The notes beneath the pieces are model-generated. The model was given only the letters and a program-made list of their open reading frames with translations, ran no database searches and had not been told where the DNA came from. A stretch of 64,000 nucleotides of DNA from Candidatus Dojkabacteria bacterium (GTDB lineage: Bacteria; Patescibacteriota; Dojkabacteria; SC72), in NCBI GenBank assembly GCA_050950145.1, contig JBMNHB010000001.1, forward strand, positions 492,820 to 556,819, given 5' to 3'. Position 1 is the first letter of the stretch. Each line of letters begins with the position of its first letter. Of this stretch, positions 50,274 through 59,937 are shown one piece after another. The translations under genes were made by a program, and so were the position numbers.

Positions 50274-50305
50274 AAAAGAGAGGATGTATATCCTCTCTTT
50301 TTTTT
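50274..50305 (+). terminator. Intrinsic terminator, probably bidirectional
   Basis: AAAAGAGAGGAT-GTAT-ATCCTCTCTTTT perfect 12-bp stem plus U-tract, between convergent genes. Confidence 0.85.
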
Positions 50306-51131
50306 ACTTTAATACCTCCCTAGAAAATTCAAATACTTTCATAAAGAGAGTAGGGGGGAGAATACTAAGTATTCTAACTCCTACTTTTTGCATATACCAT
50401 ATTACATATTCCCTAAAGGTAGGCTTAATATTTAGATTCTGTATAGCCCACTTCCTCATATCATCTGTCAATTTAAAATGTTCAACCATCTTAGACTGAC
50501 TCTCTGTTTGAAAAGTCATTCTGTATTTAAGAACAGTATCTGGTAGATTAGCAAATTCACCCTTTGTACTTAGTATAAGAAAAAGTTTAACATCTTCTAC
50601 CTTCCACATATCTTCAGGATAAAGACCTATCTCTTCTAATGTAGATCTTCTTAATGTAACAGCTGGATGTGCAAAAGGTTGAAAAAGAAATCTATTTTTC
50701 TTTAGATCCTTGTCTTTTTGTGCATACTCCCTATGACCAATAATGTCCGAATTTTCATTAATGATATCTATCTGACCACCCACAGCTACACAGTTAGGAT
50801 GACTCTCTAGATACTCAACCTGTTTTAATATTCTATCTGGATACATAATATCGTCTGCATCCATCCTAGCTATATATTTACCTTTAGAAGCTCTAATACC
50901 AATGTTAATGACATTACCTAAACCATTCTGTTTCTCCACTGGAAGAACTATTATCTTCTCTCCATATTCTTTAAGTATCTCTAATGTACTATCTGTACTC
51001 TTATCATCAACAACTATGATCTCAATATTTTTATATGTCTGATTAATACAACTATCTATTGCTTCTTTAATATATCTCTCTCCATTATGTACTGGTATTA
51101 CAATGGAAACTAGTGGATTAGTAGAGTTCAT
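50304..51131 (-). CDS. GT2 family glycosyltransferase
   Basis: VSIVIPVHN, VDDKSTD, IARMDADD, HPAV and ED motifs. Confidence 0.93.
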   Translation of the reverse strand: MNSTNPLVSIVIPVHNGERYIKEAIDSCINQTYKNIEIIVVDDKSTDSTLEILKEYGEKIIVLPVEKQNGLGNVINIGIRASKGKYIARMDADDIMYPDRILKQVEYLESHPNCVAVGGQIDIINENSDIIGHREYAQKDKDLKKNRFLFQPFAHPAVTLRRSTLEEIGLYPEDMWKVEDVKLFLILSTKGEFANLPDTVLKYRMTFQTESQSKMVEHFKLTDDMRKWAIQNLNIKPTFREYVIWYMQKVGVRILSILPPTLFMKVFEFSREVLK

Positions 51132-54100
51132 ATTTTCTTTGTTTTCTAATTTTAATAATTAAATATACAAACAGAATAATAATTAACAAATATCCGAAGT
51201 AAGAGAGGAGATTAGGCCAATAGAGGATTATAATATTTTCATAATTCTCATCAGAAATATCCCATCCTTGTTTCCAACCGTTAATTATAACTTTAGAATC
51301 TTTAGTTAAAACTTTAGGAATACCATCTTTTATCTTACCTATTGCCAACCAACCAGAATTAGAAGATTGTGGAATACTAACCAAAGCATTTTCTAATTTA
51401 CCATCTGTATTATTTATATTTACTTTGTAGAAAGTAGAGTGGGGTGAATTAAAAACACTCTCTGCTTTTAATTCTTTATACACTTTGCTATACCCACTAC
51501 TATACACAACAGTATCCCATTCTTTTGGATATTTCATAACTACTAAATCTCTTAAAACATTCTCCGTTAAAAGTTTGTAACTTGTACTACCATACACAAG
51601 ATTCATATATTTAGATTCAGAATCACTTTCAAAGAATCTAATCTCTCTCTTTCTAATATCTGCACTAAACATCTCTTGAAACCAACACTTATTCTCTTTG
51701 TCATATATCAAACAAAGAGACGAAGGGATATTTGAAACATTCTCGCCATTCCAAAATAGCATATATTTAGAATTAGTATCCGTATTAAAAAGTTCCACAT
51801 TCTGATTAACAATCTGATCTTTTGCAACTTGTCTCATACCATCAGTAACTGATATTTCATATTTACTATCATTCCCTAAACTCTCCTTTATCGGCTGCCA
51901 AAGAAGATCTCTGTTTTGATCTGCATCATATACATACAAAGAAGTACCAAAAACCAAAGGAGTACGAATTAAATATTTCTGTCCACTATTTAGATATAGA
52001 TCTCTAGGAATATACTCTTTACTCTCTGAGAGTTTCTTTAAAGATGATATTAATGGAGAAAAAGATAATTCTACTTTCTTGAAACTAACCTCTGCAGAAG
52101 TATCCTTATTTGTATTGGTTGCATAGAGTATTAAAGATATTCTATCTGTTCCTGATACAACTGCTTGAACAAGTTGCTCATATTCTCCAAAATTATTCTT
52201 GTTATCAACAAACTTCTCTCTATTCAAACACCTTTTTTCTGTTTCTGAAAAGATACAATAACCAGGATAATTACCATTAGGTGCTTCCCAATTGAATTTA
52301 ATCTTAACAACATATTTATTACCATAGTTAAACTCATGCAATCTTGAATATATACATGGTAATTCACTAGAACCTCTCACTCTTATCCCTGATGCAATTT
52401 CTTCTTTTATCACATTTGTATTATTCACAATTGCATTACCAGAACAATCACTACCTAAAGATTGAAGAAACTTAGGAAGAAGATCAATCGTTTTAAATCC
52501 TTCAGACAAAGAAAATATCTCCTCAATATCTTTGTACTTCTGATCTACAATGACACCTTCTAATAGCTGTTTGTCTGTGTATACATCGCCTTGAATAATA
52601 TAGTAACCAAGCCTACTTGAATTAAAAACTTTAAAAGGAAGTATAGAATCATCGCCTTTAATATTGGGATAGCTTGGTGTCACAATTATTTGCCCATCTT
52701 TAAGAAAAACTTTTGTAGGAAGTTCACCTAGCTGTTCTTCTGTCAAAGAATTCTTGAAAAAAGCTCCCTGTCCTGTATGTGTGTAATCACCAACTAATTC
52801 ATTTTTATCTAATCTTAAATTATTAAGTTTCAAATTAGAAAGCTTTAACAAAGGAGAAACAGAATTAGGTCTTGTAAAGTAATTTCTATCTAAACTATTA
52901 TTCCCAATACTCTCTCTATACTCGTTATCAATATTATCATCAGTAACTTTATACAATTCCAAAATGTCCGAATTCCATACAACAGAATAATTACTTAAAA
53001 GACTAGAATTTCTCTTAGCATCTAAATCAAAAGAGTATCCTTCAAGATTTAAACTCTTATCAAAAAGTATATACTCAACATCATACTTCTTAAGAAGTAA
53101 ATTAAATTTCTCTTTATCTCCAGATCTATATACATTACTTAAATCAAGCATTGCTTGTTCACTAAGATTAGAACCAACGGCAGAAGAGAGATCCATTACC
53201 GGATTAGGAATTGCGTAAGATATGAACTGAGAACCCCAAAATCCCCAATTATATTTTCTAAAGTAGTTATTATTTGAAGGTGGAGCATAATATATCCTTC
53301 CAAAAGCTTTGTTCTTTTTAATATATTGATTTAATCTTGAATAATCCTCTGGATAATCTACTAGAGACCTACTAGAAAAAAGATCACCCCTAAAGATATA
53401 TTCTGAATACATTAATGGTAAGAGAAGAAAGAAAAAGAACAAAATGATTTTAAAAATCTTTCTAGGTCTACCTTTTTTAAAGAAAGAAGAAAGAAAAGAA
53501 ACTAGATATATCAAACCAAATGTTGAGAGGACTGTAATTGAAACTAAATATATCTGTCCCAATTTTGAAAAAGGCCAACGAAGTACCTGCTTAAATAGTG
53601 GTATATTCTCTTGGAACCAGATGAATAAAGATTCAAAAGGTGGATTAATAACTTTAATGAGAAACCAAGAACACAAAGCTAATACTCCCCAGAAAAAGAG
53701 TTTTTTGTGTTTCTTAAATATTGCAAAAACTATTGCTAAAACAGAAAGAAATGCAGGAAGAAAACCAATTACTTTATAAAAGTCATATGTCTGGAATTCA
53801 AATCCCATTGGAAATATATATTTGTCACCATCCATTTCAAAAACATTTCTGTTATAAAATCTGGCTGCATTCATAGGTGTTTCCATATCAGATTCAAGAT
53901 CTATCGTACTTCCTGTTATTGTTTTATTAACATACGAATCTAAAACCTCTTGACTATTTGTTACAGTGTAGTGAATGAATGGTAAAATCCAAAATAACTG
54001 AGAGATCAGAAATACTCCTAAAACTTTCGCTATTCTACTAATTACTCCCCAGAAGGTTCTCTTTAAACTAAAACCTATCATTAAGAGGAATAGACCTAAG

Positions 54101-54735
54101 AAAATACTGTCTATGATAAAAAGAGTGGCAATAACTGAAATAGAGTTAAAGAATATAGATACAAGAAACACAATTAAAATATTTTCCCATGATGGGTTTT
54201 TCATACATTTATACATTGTCAAAAGCAGAAGTGTGAAGAAGGCAAAATTTGAAATATATGGTGCCATTACTTGGTAGAACAACCACACAGTCCACAGAGT
54301 AGTCATATATGTAATACCTGAAAAGAGGTAAGCTATTTGGTAATACTTTCGTATCTTAGAATCTCTCACTATGGAGGAAACAAAGGCTGCCATAGAGATT
54401 GTCCCGACAACTAGACAGAGGAGATAATAAAACTGTCCAGCTCCAGCAGTACTTGTAAATGGTCTGGTTATGAAGAAGAATATAGACCTAAAAAGATCTG
54501 CTTGTTCACTATCTGAAGGAACACCTAATACTCTATATCCCCTCCATGCTGGAGATTCAATATATCTAGATATTGATAAGTTAGGATTTAGCTCTGGAGA
54601 ATAATTATCATTAGAAAGTAGGAACTTTCCACTCCTGAAAGATACTATACACACCACTAACAAAAGTAATACTAGAAGTATCTGACCGTATCTTTGTTTA
54701 AATATATACCAAAGTTTTTTAAACATATTTAACAT
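51118..54735 (-). CDS. Large polytopic membrane protein, probable GT-C-type glycosyltransferase with extracellular domain
   Basis: About 12 N-terminal TM helices, large soluble region, INGWKQGW motif and a final TM; coupled to the GT2 gene. Confidence 0.6.
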   Translation of the reverse strand: MLNMFKKLWYIFKQRYGQILLVLLLLVVCIVSFRSGKFLLSNDNYSPELNPNLSISRYIESPAWRGYRVLGVPSDSEQADLFRSIFFFITRPFTSTAGAGQFYYLLCLVVGTISMAAFVSSIVRDSKIRKYYQIAYLFSGITYMTTLWTVWLFYQVMAPYISNFAFFTLLLLTMYKCMKNPSWENILIVFLVSIFFNSISVIATLFIIDSIFLGLFLLMIGFSLKRTFWGVISRIAKVLGVFLISQLFWILPFIHYTVTNSQEVLDSYVNKTITGSTIDLESDMETPMNAARFYNRNVFEMDGDKYIFPMGFEFQTYDFYKVIGFLPAFLSVLAIVFAIFKKHKKLFFWGVLALCSWFLIKVINPPFESLFIWFQENIPLFKQVLRWPFSKLGQIYLVSITVLSTFGLIYLVSFLSSFFKKGRPRKIFKIILFFFFLLLPLMYSEYIFRGDLFSSRSLVDYPEDYSRLNQYIKKNKAFGRIYYAPPSNNNYFRKYNWGFWGSQFISYAIPNPVMDLSSAVGSNLSEQAMLDLSNVYRSGDKEKFNLLLKKYDVEYILFDKSLNLEGYSFDLDAKRNSSLLSNYSVVWNSDILELYKVTDDNIDNEYRESIGNNSLDRNYFTRPNSVSPLLKLSNLKLNNLRLDKNELVGDYTHTGQGAFFKNSLTEEQLGELPTKVFLKDGQIIVTPSYPNIKGDDSILPFKVFNSSRLGYYIIQGDVYTDKQLLEGVIVDQKYKDIEEIFSLSEGFKTIDLLPKFLQSLGSDCSGNAIVNNTNVIKEEIASGIRVRGSSELPCIYSRLHEFNYGNKYVVKIKFNWEAPNGNYPGYCIFSETEKRCLNREKFVDNKNNFGEYEQLVQAVVSGTDRISLILYATNTNKDTSAEVSFKKVELSFSPLISSLKKLSESKEYIPRDLYLNSGQKYLIRTPLVFGTSLYVYDADQNRDLLWQPIKESLGNDSKYEISVTDGMRQVAKDQIVNQNVELFNTDTNSKYMLFWNGENVSNIPSSLCLIYDKENKCWFQEMFSADIRKREIRFFESDSESKYMNLVYGSTSYKLLTENVLRDLVVMKYPKEWDTVVYSSGYSKVYKELKAESVFNSPHSTFYKVNINNTDGKLENALVSIPQSSNSGWLAIGKIKDGIPKVLTKDSKVIINGWKQGWDISDENYENIIILYWPNLLSYFGYLLIIILFVYLIIKIRKQRKYELY

Positions 54736-54877
54736 AGTTAAATATATCAGATTAATACACTTTTCTAAATAGGAAAGAAACTTGACAAGAATCATTAAAA
54801 CAAGTAATTTATATACAATAATCTGCCTTTGTTGTCTTTGCAGATGTATATAAAATATTTGTTTTCATTAAATAAAT

Positions 54878-56899
54878 ATGGGAAGTCAAGATGAAACCAG
54901 AGATCCAATATTCATAGATGGGAAATTTACAGATGTTAGTGATACAGGAGGATACAAAGATGAAGCAATGGCAGCAGCCTTTCAAAGAGCGGGAATATTA
55001 CCTGAATCTTTTGAAAAAAAAGACAATAGTACAACGCCTGAAACACCTACTATAAATGAAGAAGGAGAAGAAAGAAAGACAGAAATAACAACTGAATATT
55101 TAGACACTACTGCAACAAAACCAGCTGAAAACAAACAGTTACCTGATTATTACATAAAAGCCCTACAAGAAGCACAGAGAAAGAGTCAGGGACGTGTAGA
55201 CGCACGAAAAAAAGAAAGAGAAGTTATTAATACAAATATTCCTAAACCAAGTACTCCTCAACAAAATATAGAAGCTAAGAAAGAAGAGGATATGACATTA
55301 AAAGATAAAATAAAAAATCTAGAAAAAAGGAATAAAGATCTAGAAGAAAAGATTAAGAAGATGAATAAGTTACTTAATCATAAAAAAGTTAGAGAATCTG
55401 TAAAGATTGTTGAGGAAGAACAAAGACATCAACAAGAATTAGACCGAAATAAAGAACGAAATAAAAACTGGAGACCATACTCAGCTTCTGATGGAATATT
55501 AAGGATGGAAGAAGATGCAAAGAAAGCAATAAAGGAGAACGAAGAGTTTAAAAGAAGATTTACATATATAGATAAAGAAGGACAAGAAGTAGAGATTCCT
55601 CTTCCAATAAGAGAAGAGATGAAATTAATACTAAACGAAAAAAATCAGGTTTTTAATCCTGAGATTGCTCACAAATATGCTATTATGGAAAATGAATTGT
55701 ATAACAGAAAAATACAAGAAAGGATAGATTCTCTTAGACAAGAGAATAGGAGTGAGGAGTATATTAATAGTTATATTGATACAGCAAAAAAGGAAATAAA
55801 GATAGGTATACAACAATATGTAAAAGGGACAGTAACAAGAGATTTTCGTGATAGAGTTATTAAAAGAATTCTAGAAGAACCTGAGAAATACAAAGATTAC
55901 ATTGATTCAACAACAGGAAAAGTAATTAAATCTATAGATGATGAAAATATAATTGGCTATATATTAGGACAGAAGGTTTATCCAAGATGGATGAAAGGAG
56001 AAATAGAAGCAATTGAAAAGACAGACATTGTAAGAGAGGAAAAACCTAAGAACCTTAAAAAATGGGCAATAATTGCAGGAGCAGTCGGATTCGGTACAGC
56101 AGTTTTAGGTGGAGCTACTGTTGGAGGATATGCAGTTCTAGGTGGAGCAATTGTAAGTGGCACAGCTGCGTTAGCAAAATTTATTGGGAAGAAAAGAATT
56201 GAAAGCCTTACAACACAAATGAAAAAAGCAAGTGGGGAAGATAAAGCAATAATAGAAAAAAAGTTAAAAACGTGGAATAAAATTCGTAATATCGCTGAGA
56301 GTACAATGAAGATTGCTGGAGGGTTTACTACTGGTGCTGGAATAGGAAATGCTATTAGTAACATCTTCTTTGGAGGAGAAGGTCTCATAAATGTTCTACA
56401 GAGAGGAAAAGAGGTGGCACAAGTAACTCAAGCTGGATCAGCAACTAATTTAAAAAGTACAACACGAACACCTTCTTTTGAAGGAGTAACTACACAAAGC
56501 CCCGTTGAAAACATCGCAACACAAGCAACTATAGAAAATACTAATGGTATACTAGTTCAAAATGGTAGAGTTAACTTACCTAATTCACCATGGCATACAA
56601 ATCTCGGTGGAAAACATATTGCAAACTGGCCAGGAGGAGCTCTAAACCATAGTAACTATACTGGAGGGATGCATGAACAAGCTGCACATATGGTAGAAGA
56701 AGCCCTAAAAGCTAATAGTATAACAAGAGATGCCCTGTTAAACAACCTTGGCCCATCAGGAACTACTGAACTATTAAATAATTTCCTAAGACAAATTCAA
56801 CAGGGAATAGGAAAACCTAGCTTAACAAATGCACTACGTTCATTATCATCAGCTCAAATAGAGGGTGCTGATGCTCTTTTAAATATGGTTAAACCATAA
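54878..56899 (+). CDS. Hypothetical coiled-coil protein with Gly/Ala-rich hydrophobic segments
   Basis: Charged coiled coil; AGAVGFGTAVLGGATVGGYAVLGGAIVSG and GGFTTGAGIGNAI segments. Confidence 0.65.
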   Translation: MGSQDETRDPIFIDGKFTDVSDTGGYKDEAMAAAFQRAGILPESFEKKDNSTTPETPTINEEGEERKTEITTEYLDTTATKPAENKQLPDYYIKALQEAQRKSQGRVDARKKEREVINTNIPKPSTPQQNIEAKKEEDMTLKDKIKNLEKRNKDLEEKIKKMNKLLNHKKVRESVKIVEEEQRHQQELDRNKERNKNWRPYSASDGILRMEEDAKKAIKENEEFKRRFTYIDKEGQEVEIPLPIREEMKLILNEKNQVFNPEIAHKYAIMENELYNRKIQERIDSLRQENRSEEYINSYIDTAKKEIKIGIQQYVKGTVTRDFRDRVIKRILEEPEKYKDYIDSTTGKVIKSIDDENIIGYILGQKVYPRWMKGEIEAIEKTDIVREEKPKNLKKWAIIAGAVGFGTAVLGGATVGGYAVLGGAIVSGTAALAKFIGKKRIESLTTQMKKASGEDKAIIEKKLKTWNKIRNIAESTMKIAGGFTTGAGIGNAISNIFFGGEGLINVLQRGKEVAQVTQAGSATNLKSTTRTPSFEGVTTQSPVENIATQATIENTNGILVQNGRVNLPNSPWHTNLGGKHIANWPGGALNHSNYTGGMHEQAAHMVEEALKANSITRDALLNNLGPSGTTELLNNFLRQIQQGIGKPSLTNALRSLSSAQIEGADALLNMVKP

Positions 56900-56923
56900 A
56901 TAAATTAAATAAATATAAATAAA

Positions 56924-57409
56924 ATGGATTTCACACAACAAATAGAAAATATTAAGCAACAGCTTCTCTCTCTTGGCTTTACAGAGGAAAAATATAATGA
57001 ATTATTAAACCTTGCAGCAGAAGAAATGATGGACAATGCTCTGGAGACTTTACAAGAAAAAGATTTAGAAGAATTACAGAATCTTGAAAGCCAACTCATC
57101 CCAGAAGTATCAACACCAGAAGAAGCAAATAAAAATATTGCTCTGATTTTTACCGCTGCATATGGTGATAAAGCTGAAGAAATGAGACAGAAAATGTTAC
57201 TTGATTATCTAAATATAACAGTTGAACAAACAAAATCCACAAAAGACCTACTAGAAAGATATAATGCTGGAGATCCAACAGCTATCGCAGCAGTTGAAGC
57301 ACAAAAGGATAACCCTGATGTACAAGAATTTGTAAAGTATATGGAAGAAAACAATGCTACTTCAACGGATGATGCTCTTTCACCGTTTCCTCAGCAAACT
57401 TCTCACTAG
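56924..57409 (+). CDS. Small acidic helical hypothetical protein
   Basis: 161 aa, very Glu/Asp-rich; directly follows the 54878 ORF. Confidence 0.6.
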   Translation: MDFTQQIENIKQQLLSLGFTEEKYNELLNLAAEEMMDNALETLQEKDLEELQNLESQLIPEVSTPEEANKNIALIFTAAYGDKAEEMRQKMLLDYLNITVEQTKSTKDLLERYNAGDPTAIAAVEAQKDNPDVQEFVKYMEENNATSTDDALSPFPQQTSH

Positions 57410-58670
57410 CATGTACATATTTTGTAGTCGTATTTAAGCTAGAATGTCCTAAAAGAACCTGTAAAGCAACAGGACTAGCACCTTCTTCAGCTAAGTAAGT
57501 AGCAAAACCATGCCTTAAGCTATGTGCAGATGTTGGTATCTGAATACCTAACTTTCTCCTGTACTGTGCAATTTTCTCTTGAAAATAATTTATAGACAAT
57601 CTTTCAGAATGTTTACCATCTCTACCACCAGAGAAAGGTATAAAGAGGGCAGGGGACTCAAATTTTTCCAAATATCCACTTTCTCTGTACTTCTCTACAA
57701 TCCTAATATATTTCAAACTATCATCAAACATCTCCAATGTCAGATCAGAAGGTTTGTCATTTTCATCCTCACCTTCTAAAGTTTCACGCTCAGTAGTGAA
57801 ACTTTCTGATTCTTTCTTTTTCTCTTCTCCAGTATTAGCAAACCTCAACCTTATCTTAAGATAGTTATTAAGCCACAAAAGACTTCTTGGTGTCATGAAT
57901 ACTGTACGCTCTTTTTTTCCTTTACCTAAAATATATAGCTTTCCTTCAGCATTAATATCCTTTAAATCAAGACTCATAAGCTCAGAAATACGCATACCAG
58001 TAGCAAATAACATCTCTAACATACATCTATTTCGCAATGCAACTTTCTCATCTTTCTCAAACTCCATTGGACACTCAATCAACTTTATCAATTCCTCCTT
58101 AGATGCGACCTTCTTAATACGTTTCTCAGCTTTCATCATTCCAATAGCATCTGGTGGCATTGGAATATCTAAATCCCATTCAATTCTAAACTTCAAAAAC
58201 GATCTCAAAGCTGACAACATTCTATTAATACTGTTCGGATCCAAACCTGAATTTTTCTTAGCAGTATTTCTAGGACGACTTGTGATTCCTAAGCTGCCAT
58301 ATACCTTTCTGTATATGTCAGAGAGAAATCCATCCTCAAATTTAGGTGTACTTACACCAGTCAAATCATTCACAGGCCTCTGAGAGCCTCCTAGCGCTTT
58401 GTGCTCATTTAACCCCGATATATCAATGTTTTTTGTATATTCCTCCCTAATTTTATCCAAATCTTTAAGATGTTGACCTGCAATTAAGTACCCTTTGTAT
58501 GCACTAATATCTTTTTTAGTTACTTTCATAAAGGGAGTATTTCTAAAGTGTAAAAACACAGCAAAAATACAAAGATCTCTAGCATAGTTTAATATGGTCT
58601 GAGTACTGTAGTTGTTATTCTGTAGATTAACTAAGAAGTCATCTTGATCATCTAGTTTTGGTATTTCCAT
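57357..58670 (-). CDS. XerC/D-like tyrosine recombinase
   Basis: YSTQTILNY, SINRMLSALRSF, TGMRISE, GKGKKER, HSLRH, LLGH and TTKY; R-K-H-R-H-Y set complete. Confidence 0.92.
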   Translation of the reverse strand: MEIPKLDDQDDFLVNLQNNNYSTQTILNYARDLCIFAVFLHFRNTPFMKVTKKDISAYKGYLIAGQHLKDLDKIREEYTKNIDISGLNEHKALGGSQRPVNDLTGVSTPKFEDGFLSDIYRKVYGSLGITSRPRNTAKKNSGLDPNSINRMLSALRSFLKFRIEWDLDIPMPPDAIGMMKAEKRIKKVASKEELIKLIECPMEFEKDEKVALRNRCMLEMLFATGMRISELMSLDLKDINAEGKLYILGKGKKERTVFMTPRSLLWLNNYLKIRLRFANTGEEKKKESESFTTERETLEGEDENDKPSDLTLEMFDDSLKYIRIVEKYRESGYLEKFESPALFIPFSGGRDGKHSERLSINYFQEKIAQYRRKLGIQIPTSAHSLRHGFATYLAEEGASPVALQVLLGHSSLNTTTKYVHASEKFAEETVKEHHPLK

Positions 58671-58707
58671 AATATATATTAACAGTAAAAGTTAAATTTG
58701 AAAATCA

Positions 58708-59101
58708 GAGTAGGGGGCCATTTTTTTGAATTTTGAGATAGGAGAGAAATATGGGTAGGAATAATATAAAGAATGGAAAGAACAGATAGAAGTATTGATT
58801 GAGATGAATAAGGAGATGATGATAAGAATGGCATTATCAAAGGTTTTCTAAATTTAATATATCCATACCGCATATAAGGGTGATTATACTCGGTGACATG
58901 TTCTAGAATTGTAACATATATCTGGTGAGAGTAGAACCCCCTCCCACCAGGTACACATATATCAACTCTTGAATCATCTCCATTCTTCTATCAAACACAC
59001 AACGAAATCTTTTTATTAAGTATATTAGCAATTACTTATCCACACTGATTACTATGGGTTGTGAAACACTATGGGTTCTCAGGTCTAGCAACCCCCTACT
59101 C
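58708..59101. ncRNA. Candidate ~395-nt end-paired structured element
   Basis: GAGTAGGGGG (58708-58717) and CCCCCTACTC (59092-59101) form a perfect 10-bp pair, with nested stems inside. Confidence 0.4.
59036..59044 (+). promoter_or_regulatory. Consensus DnaA box
   Basis: Exact TTATCCACA; only one perfect copy noticed. Confidence 0.4.
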
Positions 59102-59112
59102 CCCTATGCTAC

Positions 59113-59937
59113 CTATCCCTTTATATTAAAAAACAAAATAAGGAAAAGAATAAGGATTAATAAGAATATATAACGATTAAAGTATTCTACATAACCATTA
59201 AATAACTTCTCGTGTGTCACTGTATTCACACTTAAATAGTACCCTACTACTGGTACAAATGAGATAATTTCATGAAAGTTGCCTGAAAATACTACAGCAA
59301 CAAGCAAAACAGACATTATCAATGCTGTAATCAAAGATTTTCGTAACAATTCAGCCCCATCTATTTCAATATTAATATAATGTAGAAGAGAGATAATAAA
59401 GTATAGAAAAACTATTGAGGGGAAAATAATATATACTGGTAAACCACTAATAAGGAAGGCAAAAGTAAAAGCATAGACCATAAAGATAGAAGAAAGGTAA
59501 GAGATTGTTCTTCCTACCTGTGCTAAAGGTATAGGTTTAAACTGATTAACATTTAGAGTATTAACCATAAGAAAGACAAAATAGTCAGCAAAGAATACCA
59601 CTATGATCAAAAGAAGAAGAATAAAAGCTTCATATATTCTATTAAACTTCTGAAAGAAGAAGAAATCTATAAACAAAGATTGAGAAAGAACAAATAATGA
59701 AGCTTGAGTAATAAATAGCATAGATTTCTTTTTAACCTGAAAACTCAAAGAAAAGAGTAAACCTACAAACACCCCTACAAAATACAAACCTCCATCAAGA
59801 AATACTCTCCATATTGGCAAACTCTCTCTGGCAATAATTTTGTAAATAAACATAGAAAGTGCAACAATAGCAGCAAGAAGGAGCAACTTACCTCTTTTTT
59901 CATTGTCTACATTTGATTCATCTCTTCTCATTCTCAA
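59113..59937 (-). CDS. Polytopic membrane protein
   Basis: About 8-9 hydrophobic helices; NTLNV...IPLAQVG motif; overlaps the ruvB end. Confidence 0.65.
   Translation of the reverse strand: MRMRRDESNVDNEKRGKLLLLAAIVALSMFIYKIIARESLPIWRVFLDGGLYFVGVFVGLLFSLSFQVKKKSMLFITQASLFVLSQSLFIDFFFFQKFNRIYEAFILLLLIIVVFFADYFVFLMVNTLNVNQFKPIPLAQVGRTISYLSSIFMVYAFTFAFLISGLPVYIIFPSIVFLYFIISLLHYINIEIDGAELLRKSLITALIMSVLLVAVVFSGNFHEIISFVPVVGYYLSVNTVTHEKLFNGYVEYFNRYIFLLILILFLILFFNIKG

Noticed and set aside
57357-58670. Integron integrase or prophage
   Set aside because: No attC-like cassette array or phage genes nearby; the context is housekeeping (ruvCAB).
58708-59101. RNase P RNA, tmRNA, SRP RNA or oriC
   Set aside because: No GGAAAGUC or tRNA-like T arm/CCA end and no SRP loop was seen; one DnaA box without nearby dnaA/dnaN is insufficient for an origin.
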